Under the pieces are notes generated by a model. That model had not been told where the DNA came from. It searched no databases and saw only the letters and a program-made list of their open reading frames with translations. DNA of 64,000 nucleotides, from NCBI GenBank assembly GCA_051362555.1, contig CM120641.1, positions 24,558,401 to 24,622,400 of the forward strand, in the 5' to 3' direction. The DNA comes from Lingula anatina (taxonomy: Eukaryota > Animalia > Brachiopoda). A program made the position numbers and the translations under genes. Shown here piece by piece: positions 39,030-52,500 of the stretch; positions within the stretch are counted from its first letter, which is position 1, and every line of letters begins with the position of its first letter.

Positions 39030-39674
39030 GTTCTCTCTGGTACAACTTCCAAATGCAACACAGGCACGTAGGACTGAACCTTCCTAGTTTGTTTGTTTGT
39101 TTGGTCAGCACCTGCAGTCTGTAAATATGCAGAGCTTTTCTTAACATGCTTGATAAGGGTGATAAAACATCTTCTGAGCAGATAACATAACAATAAAGAG
39201 AAGAAGTCAACTAAACTATATTGTGAGTAGCAGTGTTAAAGAAACTGAAGTAGATATTGCAAATTCAGTATATGAATAAAAAACACTTTATGTAAATTAT
39301 CATTGGATGACTAACCTTCACAGCATTTAGGCTCCTGATAAGGTTGACATACACATGTACTTAAAACTGCTTTTGGTCCCTGGGCAGGGGAAGGGGCCCA
39401 GGGTTAAAGCTCAGCTGTCAATCCTAGTTAAAGGTTCTATTCATCAAGGAACAGGAATGTAGTAATGACCGTTTACATTATTTTTGCTCAGCCATTGCAA
39501 TTTCATAATATTTGGTGTAGATTTCTGATTACTATAGTGTGAGGGCAAAGATGTGGTTTTAAATTTGTTAAAAAATATGTTAAAAACTTAATATCACACC
39601 CAGCACTTGGTTGGTGAGTGGGTTAGATTGAAAGGCACAGATGCAAGCATTCAAGAATAACATTTCATTACTTA

Positions 39675-39842
39675 CAGTGACCGATCCAGAGATAGTTTCT
39701 GACGGTCTTCCAAATTATCTTTGTTGATCCATCCTCCATTTCTGACCATCTTCTGATAGAAAAAATTAGATACCCGTCAATGTAAATCTGAAAATCTGAC
39801 CGTCTTCCAGAAGACCCAGAAGACGGCCTTAATCCGCCCCTG
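39675..39842 (-). mobile_element. MITE family A, copy 2 (168 bp, 5-bp TSD)
   Basis: Reverse-complement homolog of 8056-8219; TSD ACTTA on both sides. Confidence 0.85.
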
Positions 39843-39979
39843 ACTTAGGTCTGAAATTCATGAATGGGAAAAAATTCTCATTGATGGTTAAAGAAATATG
39901 ACACCATAATCTACCTTAATGCAATCCAAATTATGAAATATTTAAATATTATTGGTATTAATTGTATTTTAATTAATTG

Positions 39980-40124
39980 TCAGGGGGTTCGAAAGAACTA
40001 CCCTTTTTGCAGGGAAAAGGTCCACTCTGGGTAATTTGACCTAGGTACAAGAGGATTTTATGGTAAAAGGTCCACTTTTTCATATAAAGACCCCCCCCCC
40101 CTCTGAAATTGTTGGCTATGGGCC
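39980..40124 (+). mobile_element. MITE family B copy, 5'-truncated
   Basis: GGGGGTTCGAAAGAAC...AAAAGGTCCAC (twice)...GGCTATGGGCCT, matching 59843-60010. Confidence 0.75.
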
Positions 40125-41537
40125 TAATAAAGCACCATTGTGTCTGATATTTATATTCAAATGATACATCTATTTATTCACAACATTCTGATCCCACACA
40201 ATACTTTTCTCTTCATCAGTTTATTTACACATACCATAATCTTTATCAAGGATTGAAAACAATAAAGACATAATTTAATATTTTTACATACTAAGAAATA
40301 AATGATATAAATAGGTTTGCAGTGGATGAAAATGAAAAAAAATTGAATTCAATTAAGTTTATTAGTTAAGATATAATCAAAATATCAAAAACTATATACA
40401 CAGCAAATAATAACTGTAGACCTTGTTGGGCATATTCTTAATAGTCATTATTAAGTATAGTGCACATATGCTTGCCGCTGATAATAAACTTATACAATCA
40501 CTGAGAAAAGTCTTCAAACTAAAATCTAACTATACAAAATAATGATCCATTTTGGTAATGTATGGATGCACCAAGAGCCTGGGGTATGTAACTGTCTAAT
40601 GTGTTGGTGGTAACCAGTTTCAATACAGACAATATTAGTCCAAAGAATCACATCTTTATTTAATTATGTCTTATTATTTATATAAATTTTACATTTTAAT
40701 TTAGCTCTAAAACTAAAGAAAATGTTCAATGAAAAAAAAAAAAAACTAAAGAGATGTGCTTACTTAGACCATTACAATACTTGACTGCCTCTACATTAAA
40801 GAATCCCCAGTTGCACTTATTAGAAGTGGAAGTTACACCACTGAATTCAAACACCATAATTTAATATAATTAGCAAGAAACACAATCTATGAAACTTAAT
40901 GTATCACCCTATCTGACAGAGATGACTGGAAACCCAACAACATATATTACTAGAAATGGTACAGGTAGTTTCCAACCGTCTCTGACACCTGGGTTGTTAT
41001 ACATTGATCATCATTACGTGTCCTGAAAGAAATGACCAAAATCTTAGTTTGGCCGAGGTGCCATATGTGTATGTACAGCACCACTTCACCACAGACAGTG
41101 TAAATGGACACATTATCTGCCATGCAATCCCATTTTACTGGCTTAATTTATGATCTTTTTACTTTATTGTTCCAATTAAAATAGTAGACAGGAAGGAATG
41201 GTCTCCCAACATAGGGTTTCAAAAATCTGGGGTTTGATTGTTCATAATGGATACAGACATACAGCCAATACATTATGGCATTTGGCACTGTACGTCTTAT
41301 GACCAGATTTATGAGGGCAAATTGCCTGGAAGCAGACATTTGATTTCACAAGTGGGGCAGCTTTTTGATGTGATAAAGAAGATGAGTGAAGATTTTTAAG
41401 GAAGAATAAATATAAACACGAGTGATTTTTTGTAAGTGAATTCTGTAAATTAAGCCAGATACCCATCTATTTCTTTGCTTGTACACAAGCCGATAGACCT
41501 TTATCAACTTTTGAACACCAGTGTCATGACTTCCCTG

Positions 41538-44500
41538 CTATTTGTGTGGTCTATGCGTAGTGTGTTTGTGGCTCAACTCTACTGCTGTCCTTTCCACTGC
41601 CAGCAGCTCACCTAATACATTTTCCACACTCAGCAAGTTACCTCTCAGTTCATACAGATACTTCCTTATCGTTCTCCATTGCCTGGCAACGGGTTTGGGT
41701 GATGTTTTTTCCTTATTCCAATTGCACATTATAGCATCCAGTCCTGGCAAACTAGTGCTTTCAGACATCACTGCATTCCAATCACAGGTAGTGTTGTTCT
41801 GGCTATTGGAAATAATTAGGGATCATGTACCAGTAAAATGTAAAAAAAATTAATTAAAAAAATTTAATTCATTTGCCACATTGACTGTCTCTGGAAATAG
41901 CATGGACCAAGAAAATGAATTATATTCTTAATTATCTCTTTCTATCCGTTGGAAAATGTTAAGTATTCTTTTAGTTTAATAAACCAGGACCATTTTCCAT
42001 TGTATACTACATTAACTTATACACTGATCGAGTAAAGAGGGAGTTTACAGGCTAGGATGTGCACAGCTTTTATCAAGAATTTACAAAGTGTAATATTTTA
42101 ACTTATTCATTCACAACACATGCAGGTATTAAAATCTATCAGTTTATCCATCCATCTTTTACAGAGTACCTGCAACCGTTTGTATGTGTAAGGTTTCCAG
42201 GGTCAACATTCAGAGAGAGCAGGAATAATAAGCGTCCATTCACTTCTCTGCTAACAACAGGACTGAAATCAAAATTAGAAATTATTATCATTATTGTTTT
42301 TGTTTTGTTTTATTTTTTTTTATTTTTTGAAAATATAAAAATATTGACATTTTCACACCCCTCCATGTGAAGAAATTTCACTTCTTACATCGATTGCAAT
42401 GCAACTTTATGTTGCATTACAAATGTACTCATACCAAGTAAATGCAATATAAAATTGGATACTGCCAACTACTGTATCTTAATTTGCCTGCATGCAACCT
42501 CAAAGAAAAAAAAAATTGTGAAAAAGAATGTTACATTCCTTATTGTAATTGATAACTAGAGACATTTCTGACTATCTTACTTTCGTTTGTCCAACTTCTC
42601 GTATACACTGGCAAATCTTGCTGACATGTTATGTATCTCGAAAGTTATCTGCTCAACTTCATCTAGATAAAATTAAAGAATATCATGAGCCACTGCACTG
42701 AACTGTGTCTGATGTTAAGGGGGTGAATTCCTGCTAACGACAAAAAAAAGTTATCTCAGTCTCTGTGTTGCCATAGAAACAATGGTTAATTACATAGTTT
42801 ATCGTTTCTGATTTCGGTTCCTTACCTAGTAATTCAGTAGATTGCATGTCCTTTTTGTATCTGTTAACAGCCACACTCACAGCATTCAGTATATCAACAG
42901 TCCATTCGGACACATTATATGGTAGATACATGGAGTCAGCAAACTTCCAGCTGTAGTTGGCATAAATTGTGGCAATTTCTTGGAACATCTGATTATTACG
43001 AGTTTGAAATTTTTCTTCACCAGATCTTACTGGAGGAGAGTGCCAACCTTGGCACTGGTCCTGTAATAGAAAAAAAATTAGTAAATGAAGTTTCAGGAGG
43101 TGGGGGATTATTGGTGAAAAAAAACAGCTGTACTCCAACAGAGGGAAATTTCTATATGTAGCTTTTTTTTGTACCTATTTCAACTTGTTTACAACAAGTT
43201 AACTTCAATTTTAGTTTAACACAGTACCCTTTACACTGCCATCCTCTGTTTTAGAGATAACTGGTAATTCACCTTTATCATCCGCTTAAATAATATATAC
43301 TAGGATCCTTATGTTGGATCAATTCTAGGATAATATTATGTATCATTCTAAAAAAATATTTTGTCTAATTTAAAATGAAATCCCAGCATTTAATGAAAAC
43401 ACCGTAATGTAAACTTTACCAGTCATGCTATCATACCTCATCCCCGTACCACAGTTGGGCTACACGCCTGATGTCAATGTGTTGACTCCTGCTGGCCTGG
43501 TGCCTGCATGGGGAAATGGTGACTGGTGGATGTCCCATGTCCTGGCTTGCTTCGAGCAGTGTGCTCCTATACATGGGATAAGCTGAGGCATACAACTGTT
43601 CCTTTGTGTTGTTGTAACCTATAAAAAAAGTCAGAAAAAAAGGAACTACTGGGTAATTATACCCACTGATGAATGCTGTCTATAGAAAATCATTATATGA
43701 CTATAATCATATCATATCTCCTTTTTTCAAAAATTGTGATGAATTTTTTAAAGGACTTGATAAAGGGTTTTATAACCTTATTGCCATTGATACACACTGA
43801 AACAAAAACACACTAAAATGTAGTATCTGTAAATTTCTCAATTATCCCCCATTAAACAGATTTAGTATTCTGAAAACAAAACTTGGACATCTTTATAAAG
43901 ACTGTGTTGTTTGATGTTAATATTTTTTAGGAATCTGCATTTTTGTATTACTTTGTTAAAAAATGTAACCATTTAAATAAATTAACAAAAAAAATTAATT
44001 AATGTACATACATAAACACAAAATGGGACTGACTGACCAATGGAATGAATGGATGAATAGATATATGAATTAATGAAATAGTTTACCTTGCTGTGGAAAG
44101 TTGCAGTTCACCACAGCTACAATGTTCTCCTGCTGTAAGCCCAGTCTTCCCTAAATAAAAATCGACAATTTCAAGTAAACACAGATGCTACATAACTGAG
44201 TATGCCTTAGTATTCAACATTATGTAAATTTTGTTGTCAAAAAGTTATGAATTGTAATAATGAGAGAGAGATTAATAATATTTTTCAATTTTCCTTTTCT
44301 CTTTCTATTCATGAAAATTAAAGCAGATTATTCATTTTCCTTATGAGGCCTTGTTTTCATATTATTTTTCTTTTTTATTTACTATTAGCCCTAAAGTCCA
44401 ATTTTGCCTAGATCATGTCCTCCCTACAGAACAACACGTTTTTGATGTGTTTTAAGAAAGACCCGCTTTCAATGAGAAACTGATGTAGGCACAGAAAGAT

Positions 44501-47500
44501 ACATCTACAAGACTCACCAAGACAGATTCCATTTCTTCTCCAGTGCCATTGTTAAACAAGCAGAACAACAGTGTTCTCCTTGGGCGCCAACCTGTCATAT
44601 TTTATATGATAACATTTTGGAAATATTACCTTGTTTATGTATCAGATAATTGAAATTTAGACTAGGGTGCTTAAAAGAATTTTTAGGAAACTGTACCCTG
44701 GTTTTGTTTTGGAGGAGTGGGAGTCCAACTACTTTGCCCATTATACATAAATGTAACTATTCAATCCATATTTTCTGATCAGTTGATTGGTAGCACTGAC
44801 GTAGTTTTTGTAGATTTAGTACCATTACACATTATTACTTCATGTTACTTTATTATTGTATAGTGAACAATATCTATGTCATCTGATACCTCTGGTTACA
44901 CTAGTAAACTAATATCACTACTGGTACATGCATTTAATTGAACTCTGACACTGTTAACATGCTTCCCAATGTGGCACATGTAATTAATTCAAGCAGGACT
45001 GATTTGTCTTTATTCCAATTCATTAACAAGGAAGGGGGGGGGGGGGGGGGGAAGAGAGAAAAAATCCACTTTACCTGACTGCATCACTTTTCCATAGATT
45101 CTGGCAAGCTCAGTCAGCATGGTAGATCCATAGGGTAGGCTGACATTTACCACATGCTGGTGGGCATATAGCAGAACATATTGATCTGAATGGGAAACTT
45201 AGCTCTGATATTTTGGTTTCTGTCACTGTAGGTATCTGGCATGGATTAATTTCATGAAATTTGACACAATCGATGCATCTGCATGAGACTGCTCAGTTTA
45301 AAACTATCAAGAGGTGATTTGATTTTTCACTTTTGTCTTAAATTAAACTGTTTCAGTCTTTCAAAATTATTGCTTTATAAGAGCATAAACTTATCTGAAG
45401 AAACTCTTTCTAAGAATTTTTATATTAAAGTGGGACTAGTAGCTTTGAAACGTTCAAATTTTTTACTACTCCAACCAAAAACCAATGAGTCAATTGCATC
45501 AGATAGGTGTTTAATATTGCAGACTTATGCTTCTTGCATTACCTGGCTCTATGCTTCCACGCATTTTCCCAACAACAGCATACAGCTTGCTGTCTTCCTT
45601 CCTCTTATCTCTGACATTCAGATGAACATGGCTGAAATTACACAAAAATACCATTAAAATGATTGAAATCTCTTCAAAACTATCTTACAAATGAATGTGA
45701 GAAAAAGATGATTCTCTTCTTGAATTGATTTACTTCAATCTTTCGAAAAAATACATACTAATACTATTCTATTCAATGTTCTTGCCTTTTTGCCACTGCT
45801 ACTAACATTCTTTACAATCTGAAATATTCTGAATATGAGCCGCCAACTGTGGAGAAGAGGAAAAGACTATTATTTTATCCTTGAATTAAAACCCTTTTTT
45901 TCATTCTTTCTTAGTCCATGTATTAATAGTTGCTAATATGGAAGGAGAGGAAGAAATTAAACTGAACTGAGTGATGACGATATGTCTCATGACCACATGT
46001 ATGCGACTGTACAAGCAAGGGAGACTCCTGAAGTATATTGCACTATAAATGATATTACAGTCTTCACCAATGATTTTGTTTATATATCAGTATACCAGTT
46101 CTTACACTCTTCTATCACTACCTACCTCCCGGCCCAAGTACCTCTAAATCCTGGACCAACATGTGACACAGCATCTTTCAGCCACATATGAGGAACAGGG
46201 TAGCCTCCCATATGTCTGTTAAAAAATACAAGGACTTGAAAATTAATCAAATATGATTTAAAATATGCATCTGGAAAAATTAAATTTAGAATAATAATGA
46301 ATTAAATTGTTAGTGTTCTTTTGCAAATTAAAAAAAATCACAAATTCCACCTTTTTGTGTTATTAACTTTTTACAATAATTTTTTTTGTTGTTTATATTC
46401 CATAAATACTTCCTAGGGATTAACAACATCTTTCCTTTTGAAATTGTGCTAGTTGGATACTTAAAAGTTCAAATCAAAATGGTAAAGACGTCTAGAAAAC
46501 TGAATAAAACTCGTGGTAGTATAGTTAGCTCAAAAGGTGAAATCACAGCATCAACCTATAAATGGAAAAGGTTAATGAATACTTACCCAGTGAAGACATC
46601 TGCCTGTTGGTGGGAGAGGGTTAATACTGGGATCTCCAAGGTGTGGCCTAAATGGTCAATACCTAAACAGAAACAGATTGAGAGTTCATCATATTTTGCT
46701 TCAGCACCAAGTAGATGTACAATTTTTCCACTGGCCTAATAGTCTACTGAAACAATAAAAGTAAGATATACAGCAATATTTATAATTGCAAATCAATAAA
46801 CACTGTAAAAATTTCTATACCAGTATTACATGTAAAAAATTCTTATTAGCCTGTAAGATGAAGCCACAGGAATTAACATTAAATAAATAAGAAAATTAAA
46901 AATTAACCTGTGGCAGGTGTATCTTCAGGCGGTAAAGCTTCGTTTGAGTTGGTGAGCGCTGAAGAATTGATGTGGGTTTTTGGGTAGAGGATCAGTCCAC
47001 GGATGTGTACTGCAACTGCCTGATGTACCTGTCAAAGAAACAGAATTATCTGATTCCAAGAACATTAATTAAAAAATATTTGTGTAAATATCCAGTTGCT
47101 ATGAAAGTTTCTTCAAAAACCACAATTTAGTTCAGAGATAAACTTGTGCTGGAACACATGTATGAAGAAATTGACCAGACAGACACTGAAATATCAGAAT
47201 GCACATAACTGTGATCTTACATAATAATGTTGTTTCAATAAAACTGTCATGGTGCATATATATATATATAACTGCATGAGTGTCACACAGCTGATTTCTT
47301 AATGCAAGGACATGCAAATATTATAATTAAACATTTATTTCAAAAGATATAAATACTAATTCACCTATTCTGATTATAAATTATCTATGTAAATCCCATA
47401 TAAATACAAATGCAATATATGTTGACAGGGTTTTAATATATGACATCAGACCAGGGAATTATATCCGATATAATTCCCTGATTAGACTGACTTCCATGCT

Positions 47501-49454
47501 ATAAGCTGACCAGTAGCTTTACACAGTGGTCATAATTGTCTGGCCAATTAATGTGCATGCTTCTTTTATGAATACTAAGTGCTTGGACAGGATTCATCAA
47601 AATACCAGTGCCCCAAGCTTTGTGACAACTAAAAAAATGTACTCCTATGACTGATAATTTGTGCAGTAGCTATACATGTAGGTGCCTGTTCTTGTCATCA
47701 ACGGAGTTGCCAACTCTGTTCATTGATGCATTTCCTACTCTATGTATATTTTTGTTATCAGTGTGCCATATCAGCCTCAGGTCCTAGGGAACTAACTAGT
47801 ATCACTGGACTAGCCAGAAAATAGTTTATTTATAACAAATGAAATCAGACTACCGTAGTAAAAAATTTAGCTTTGTGTTTGTTTTTGGTCTACATGTAGA
47901 GGGTTTCAATTTGGAGTAGTAGGTTTCAGACACCTATGAATCTGAGTGACTGTTTTGAAAACCCAACGTAATTTGGTATAAATATGCACCTTGGACTGGT
48001 ATACAACAACAAAACTGAGACAGAAAGTTTGTCTTATCTTTAAGACACACTTTCTCTATCTTGATCCAAGATAAATCAGAAGTAATTCTTGAAATTAAAA
48101 ATCAAACCTATTTCAATGAAGAAAAGAAATGGCTACTGTTTAACTAATTAGTGGACTTCTATTAATTTCCTCTGGACCTACGTAAGTAGTGCAAAATATT
48201 CAAGACCAATTCAGATTTTATTCTGAGTCTTAAGATCTTTTGTTACACCAGCTTCTGGGTTTTCTCTCTAAACTGAATTGCTCACACCTTTTCCTCCACT
48301 GATAGCTTTCCTTCTTTCACTACGGCGATCTTGCCTTCCAGCCTCAGGTGTGTCAGGTTATCGAGGAGGTACTGGTAGTCATCACGCTGGCCAAAGTTAG
48401 CAAAGATCAGATCGCCCTAATCAGAATAGAAATGTACAGCATTACTTGAAAACCTGAAATATAAATCCCTCCTCTTTTTAAACAGACTACCATGATTTCT
48501 TAACAAAGTTGAAAGAGTCCCCCAGAAGTTCAGAGCAAAATAAAAAGTTTGCCATAAACACTGAAACTAAATAATTAATGGCAAACAGTATGCGTCAACA
48601 AGTATGCAAAAGTTTGCACGAATGTATATTCAAATTTGCAACAGACCTCTGTCGCAGAGTAAAATTCCTTCTTGCAAATTTACTATAGAGTTTGCAGCTA
48701 GCTAGGTAGATAACTGGAAATTATCTGTAACCTCAACTATCAACATGTTCTGATATAGAGAGGGCAGGCATGGGGCAGAGACATGATATTAATGAAGGTT
48801 GGGGTCAAAGTGGCCTCTGAAATTCTGGGTGAAAACAGCTGAGGCATTCTGAAAAATGGAGTTGTTACATGGGAAAAACAAAATCCACTTCCAGTTTGCC
48901 TTATATGAACCCTAAAGGGAAAAGTGGACTAAAGCCTTTGTTGTAAGTGATTTATATCTGTATTATTTAGATAATTGAAAAAAAAAGAATGTTGCAATCT
49001 TTTCACTACAACCAGAAAAAAGAGAGGTGATTTGTGAAAAGTACATGTATGATTCATACAATAACATTACTGGGTTTTGCATAGAGTTTTAATTGAATTA
49101 AATTAATTAAAATTCATCAGTTTTACCTAGTACTAATATTCAATAACATTCCATGACTTTATCAGAACTGATTGTACAGCATGGCTATATGCCATGGCTA
49201 CCATCCAGGGCATTCTATCAATTCCATTTTAATTTCCTGAATATTACCACAATGATTTTTTCACCTCAATTACAATTAACCCTGACTTCCTACAAGTGTT
49301 GCAGTCAGTGCTCTGGTAAATTAAAATCAAGCGAAACAGTCAGCTCAATTTAGAATTCTGGTATAAATGGTATAAATAAGTGATTGAACTTAGATAATTA
49401 TTTCCTTAATGGATTCTATTACGCTAGTAAATTTATGTAATGGCATTCATGTGT

Positions 49455-49511
<57 letters not shown>

Positions 49512-52500
49512 GGATCAGATATTTAAAAAATTGAGAGACAAGGAGAGAGAAAGGGATCAGATATTTCAAAAATTAAATGTCACCTCAACAAGACCAGCTG
49601 GCAGCTTTTTTGTGGCATCACTTTCAACTTTCAGGATGTTCTGATTTCGAAACAGTACAACACCATTAGAATACTGCACTGTTATCTGAAAGATGATATC
49701 AAATATTATGCTATCTCAGTAACATATAAGAATTACCTAGGGCTAATCTTTTCTGATTTATTCCTATTCAGTTTTTTTTTATTTCTGATCATTATTATAA
49801 TTGGTTTATATCATGTGCATTGATATTCATCCAACTGATGTCTGACACTTATCAAAACTATTATAAACACATTTTCATGTGACATTTTATTGTGAAAAAT
49901 TTTCAATTTGAATGTCATACTCTTATTTTATAATTTTAATTCTTTAAAGTTAAAACTTGATTACTGAAATTCAAATAAAACATAACTGCAATTTCAAAGT
50001 GGATGGTTACTATTTTACAAAGCAGGCAACTCTAGAATGTCAGGAAGTGGTGAGGGGATGGAGGTGGGCATGGGAGTAGGGATAGGAGTGGAGTAGGTGA
50101 CAGTCTACTCTTCAGAGAATCTGCACGTACATATTTCACATGCTTTAAATATACATACAACACTGGGGGCATAAAAATAGGAGGTCACGCACAGTGGCTC
50201 TTAATGGAACATTTTTTTACCCTGTGAGGTAAATATTTTCGCTAAAAATATGAAGGCAGGTGTTACTGTTATTTATTTCTGTTAAATTCAAATGAAAAGG
50301 GTGTGTTTGTCATTAAGGTAGTCCTCTCATATTAGCTTTTTGTGCGATCTGCGCAGGTTTCGCGCATGAGTAGTTTTTTGAGATAGCGGCTAATTATGAA
50401 AATAAAACATGCAATAAAATACGTAATTCATCTTTTTAAGAAATTTGTATGAAATCTTTGATGTTATTTTGGTCGAAGCGCTACGAATATGTCAACTATG
50501 CGTTGCGTATGAGTGAACGCTTGGTCTTTTACGACGTAAAGTACCCACTTGCGACTTTGTTTACAAATACCGCATGTAAGAAGTTACGCGAAGAAGGGAT
50601 TGAAAAGAGCGTTTTAGTAAGGCTTGTATAGCAGTGACATGATCTTATCTCACGGAAAACATTCACGAGGGCTTGTATTTTGACCACAAAGTGTATTGCG
50701 GAGATTTGTCATATGGTTACGATGTGTGCAACAAGACATTGCCTTCTTCCGATCACCCAGGGCCAAGTTACCGTGATTTGTATGCTGAAAACAATTCTCT
50801 TCTTTCACAATAAGTTAAAATAATTAGACTCATGGCGTTTTGTTGTTGATTTAAGTATGTTATTGAACAATATGACCTGCAAACAGTGCGATTTTCAGCT
50901 CTCCAGAAAAGATGCAACCGGTGTGCACCCGCCTGGCGTGTTGCGACGTCATTCTTGTAATGGTTTTGTTAAAGTGCAGATGGACAAAACCATAAAACAC
51001 ACAACAGAGGACCAAGGGTTTTTATGCAGATACATGTAAAACTTTTTTGATGCTAGGAAAATAAACAGTATATTTTAGAAGATAAAGTGTACTTTATTCC
51101 AACTTTATCCTAATTTAACCAATCATAAACAAGAGACTTTAGTTTGTAAATTTATTACTTCACAGAAATTATTCAGCCCATAATGCATTAAAAGATAGTC
51201 TTGAGTTACAAAATTTAGTTAATTTTTGCAATGATGAAAGTGAAGAAAATCCTTTTTTCTGATTTATTATTTTATCCCAGTCAATTGACTAAATCCTGTG
51301 TGAAACCTTTACCAAATTCTGTAGAAAACCTTGTTTGTAAAAAAATAATTTCTCCATGTGTAGGAAAAAAATTAAGCTGTCATGGTTAACATATCAGAAT
51401 TTGTAATTGCTTTTCAAAGTGAAGGTCTAGATGGTCTTTATTTTCTTCTCAGTGAAATCAATCCAAACACAAAAAAACACGAGTAACAAAATGCATAAAA
51501 GTAATAAAAAAATTGTATGATTTTTTTAATTTTAAAATTAATATGCATATTTATATGCTGTTGATATGTATTTGATTGCATGTTGTAAACATAATATGAA
51601 ACAGAAATAAACTGATAATCAAATATGTCTGTAGATGAGTATTTTTGTCACCATCTTCCATATATAGAAAAGAAATATGACTAACTTACCATAGTAAGAA
51701 ATTGATACATTGTTAATATACAAAGGAAACAATTTATCCAGCTATCTTACCACAAAGTGCATATTTTAGTACTGAGTAAGAAAAATAAAGAAACAAAAGA
51801 AATAAAAATAAAAAGGAATAAGAAAATAAGTCACATGAGATTGATATAATATGCTTTTGGTCAATCTGCCTAGCCTATGAAAAATAATATGATTAAAATT
51901 AAAATAAAAAATGATATTGAAACATAATGAATTATCACAAAAAATTTAAGGCACACATTTTTTAAAAATGGTCCAGCCAGATTTTGACCCAGGAAGATCC
52001 CTGTTATTTGATTTTTTATTTCATCCCATTCAATTAACAAAATCCTGTGTTCAACCTTTAGCAAATTCTACATAATACCTAGTTTATAATAATAATTTCT
52101 TCATGTTTAGGGGGAAAATCAAGATGTCGTGGTTAATATATCAGCATTTGCACATGTCATTTCAAAGAGGTCTAGATGGTCTTTATTGTCTTCTATATGT
52201 AAAATTAATCTAAACACAAAAAAGAGTAACAGAATGTATAATGTAATAAGAAAAATGCATGTAGGATGTCTTTAATGCCTAAATTTTAAAAATGTATGTA
52301 TATTTATTATATATATTTATTTGATTTCATGTTGTAAATATAATATGATATCGAAATAAACTGATAACCAAAAGATGTCTTTAGACGAATATTCTTACTT
52401 TTTTGCCACCTAGTTTCCAAAGCACGTTTGTCAAGAAATATGGCTACATGTAACGTACCAGTAGTAAGAAATTGATACATTGTTTAAACAATGTATATTA

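Noticed and set aside
40200-41537. Iron-responsive elements in the 3' UTR of the TfR-like paralog
   Set aside because: The minus-strand CAGTGN loops I found (near 40500, 40840 and 41287) lack a pairing 5-bp upper stem, so there is no IRE support.
46663-46746. Longer exon 6 of the paralog using upstream acceptors (46746 or 46735)
   Set aside because: Both introduce in-frame stops; the acceptor at 46662 keeps the frame and the homology.
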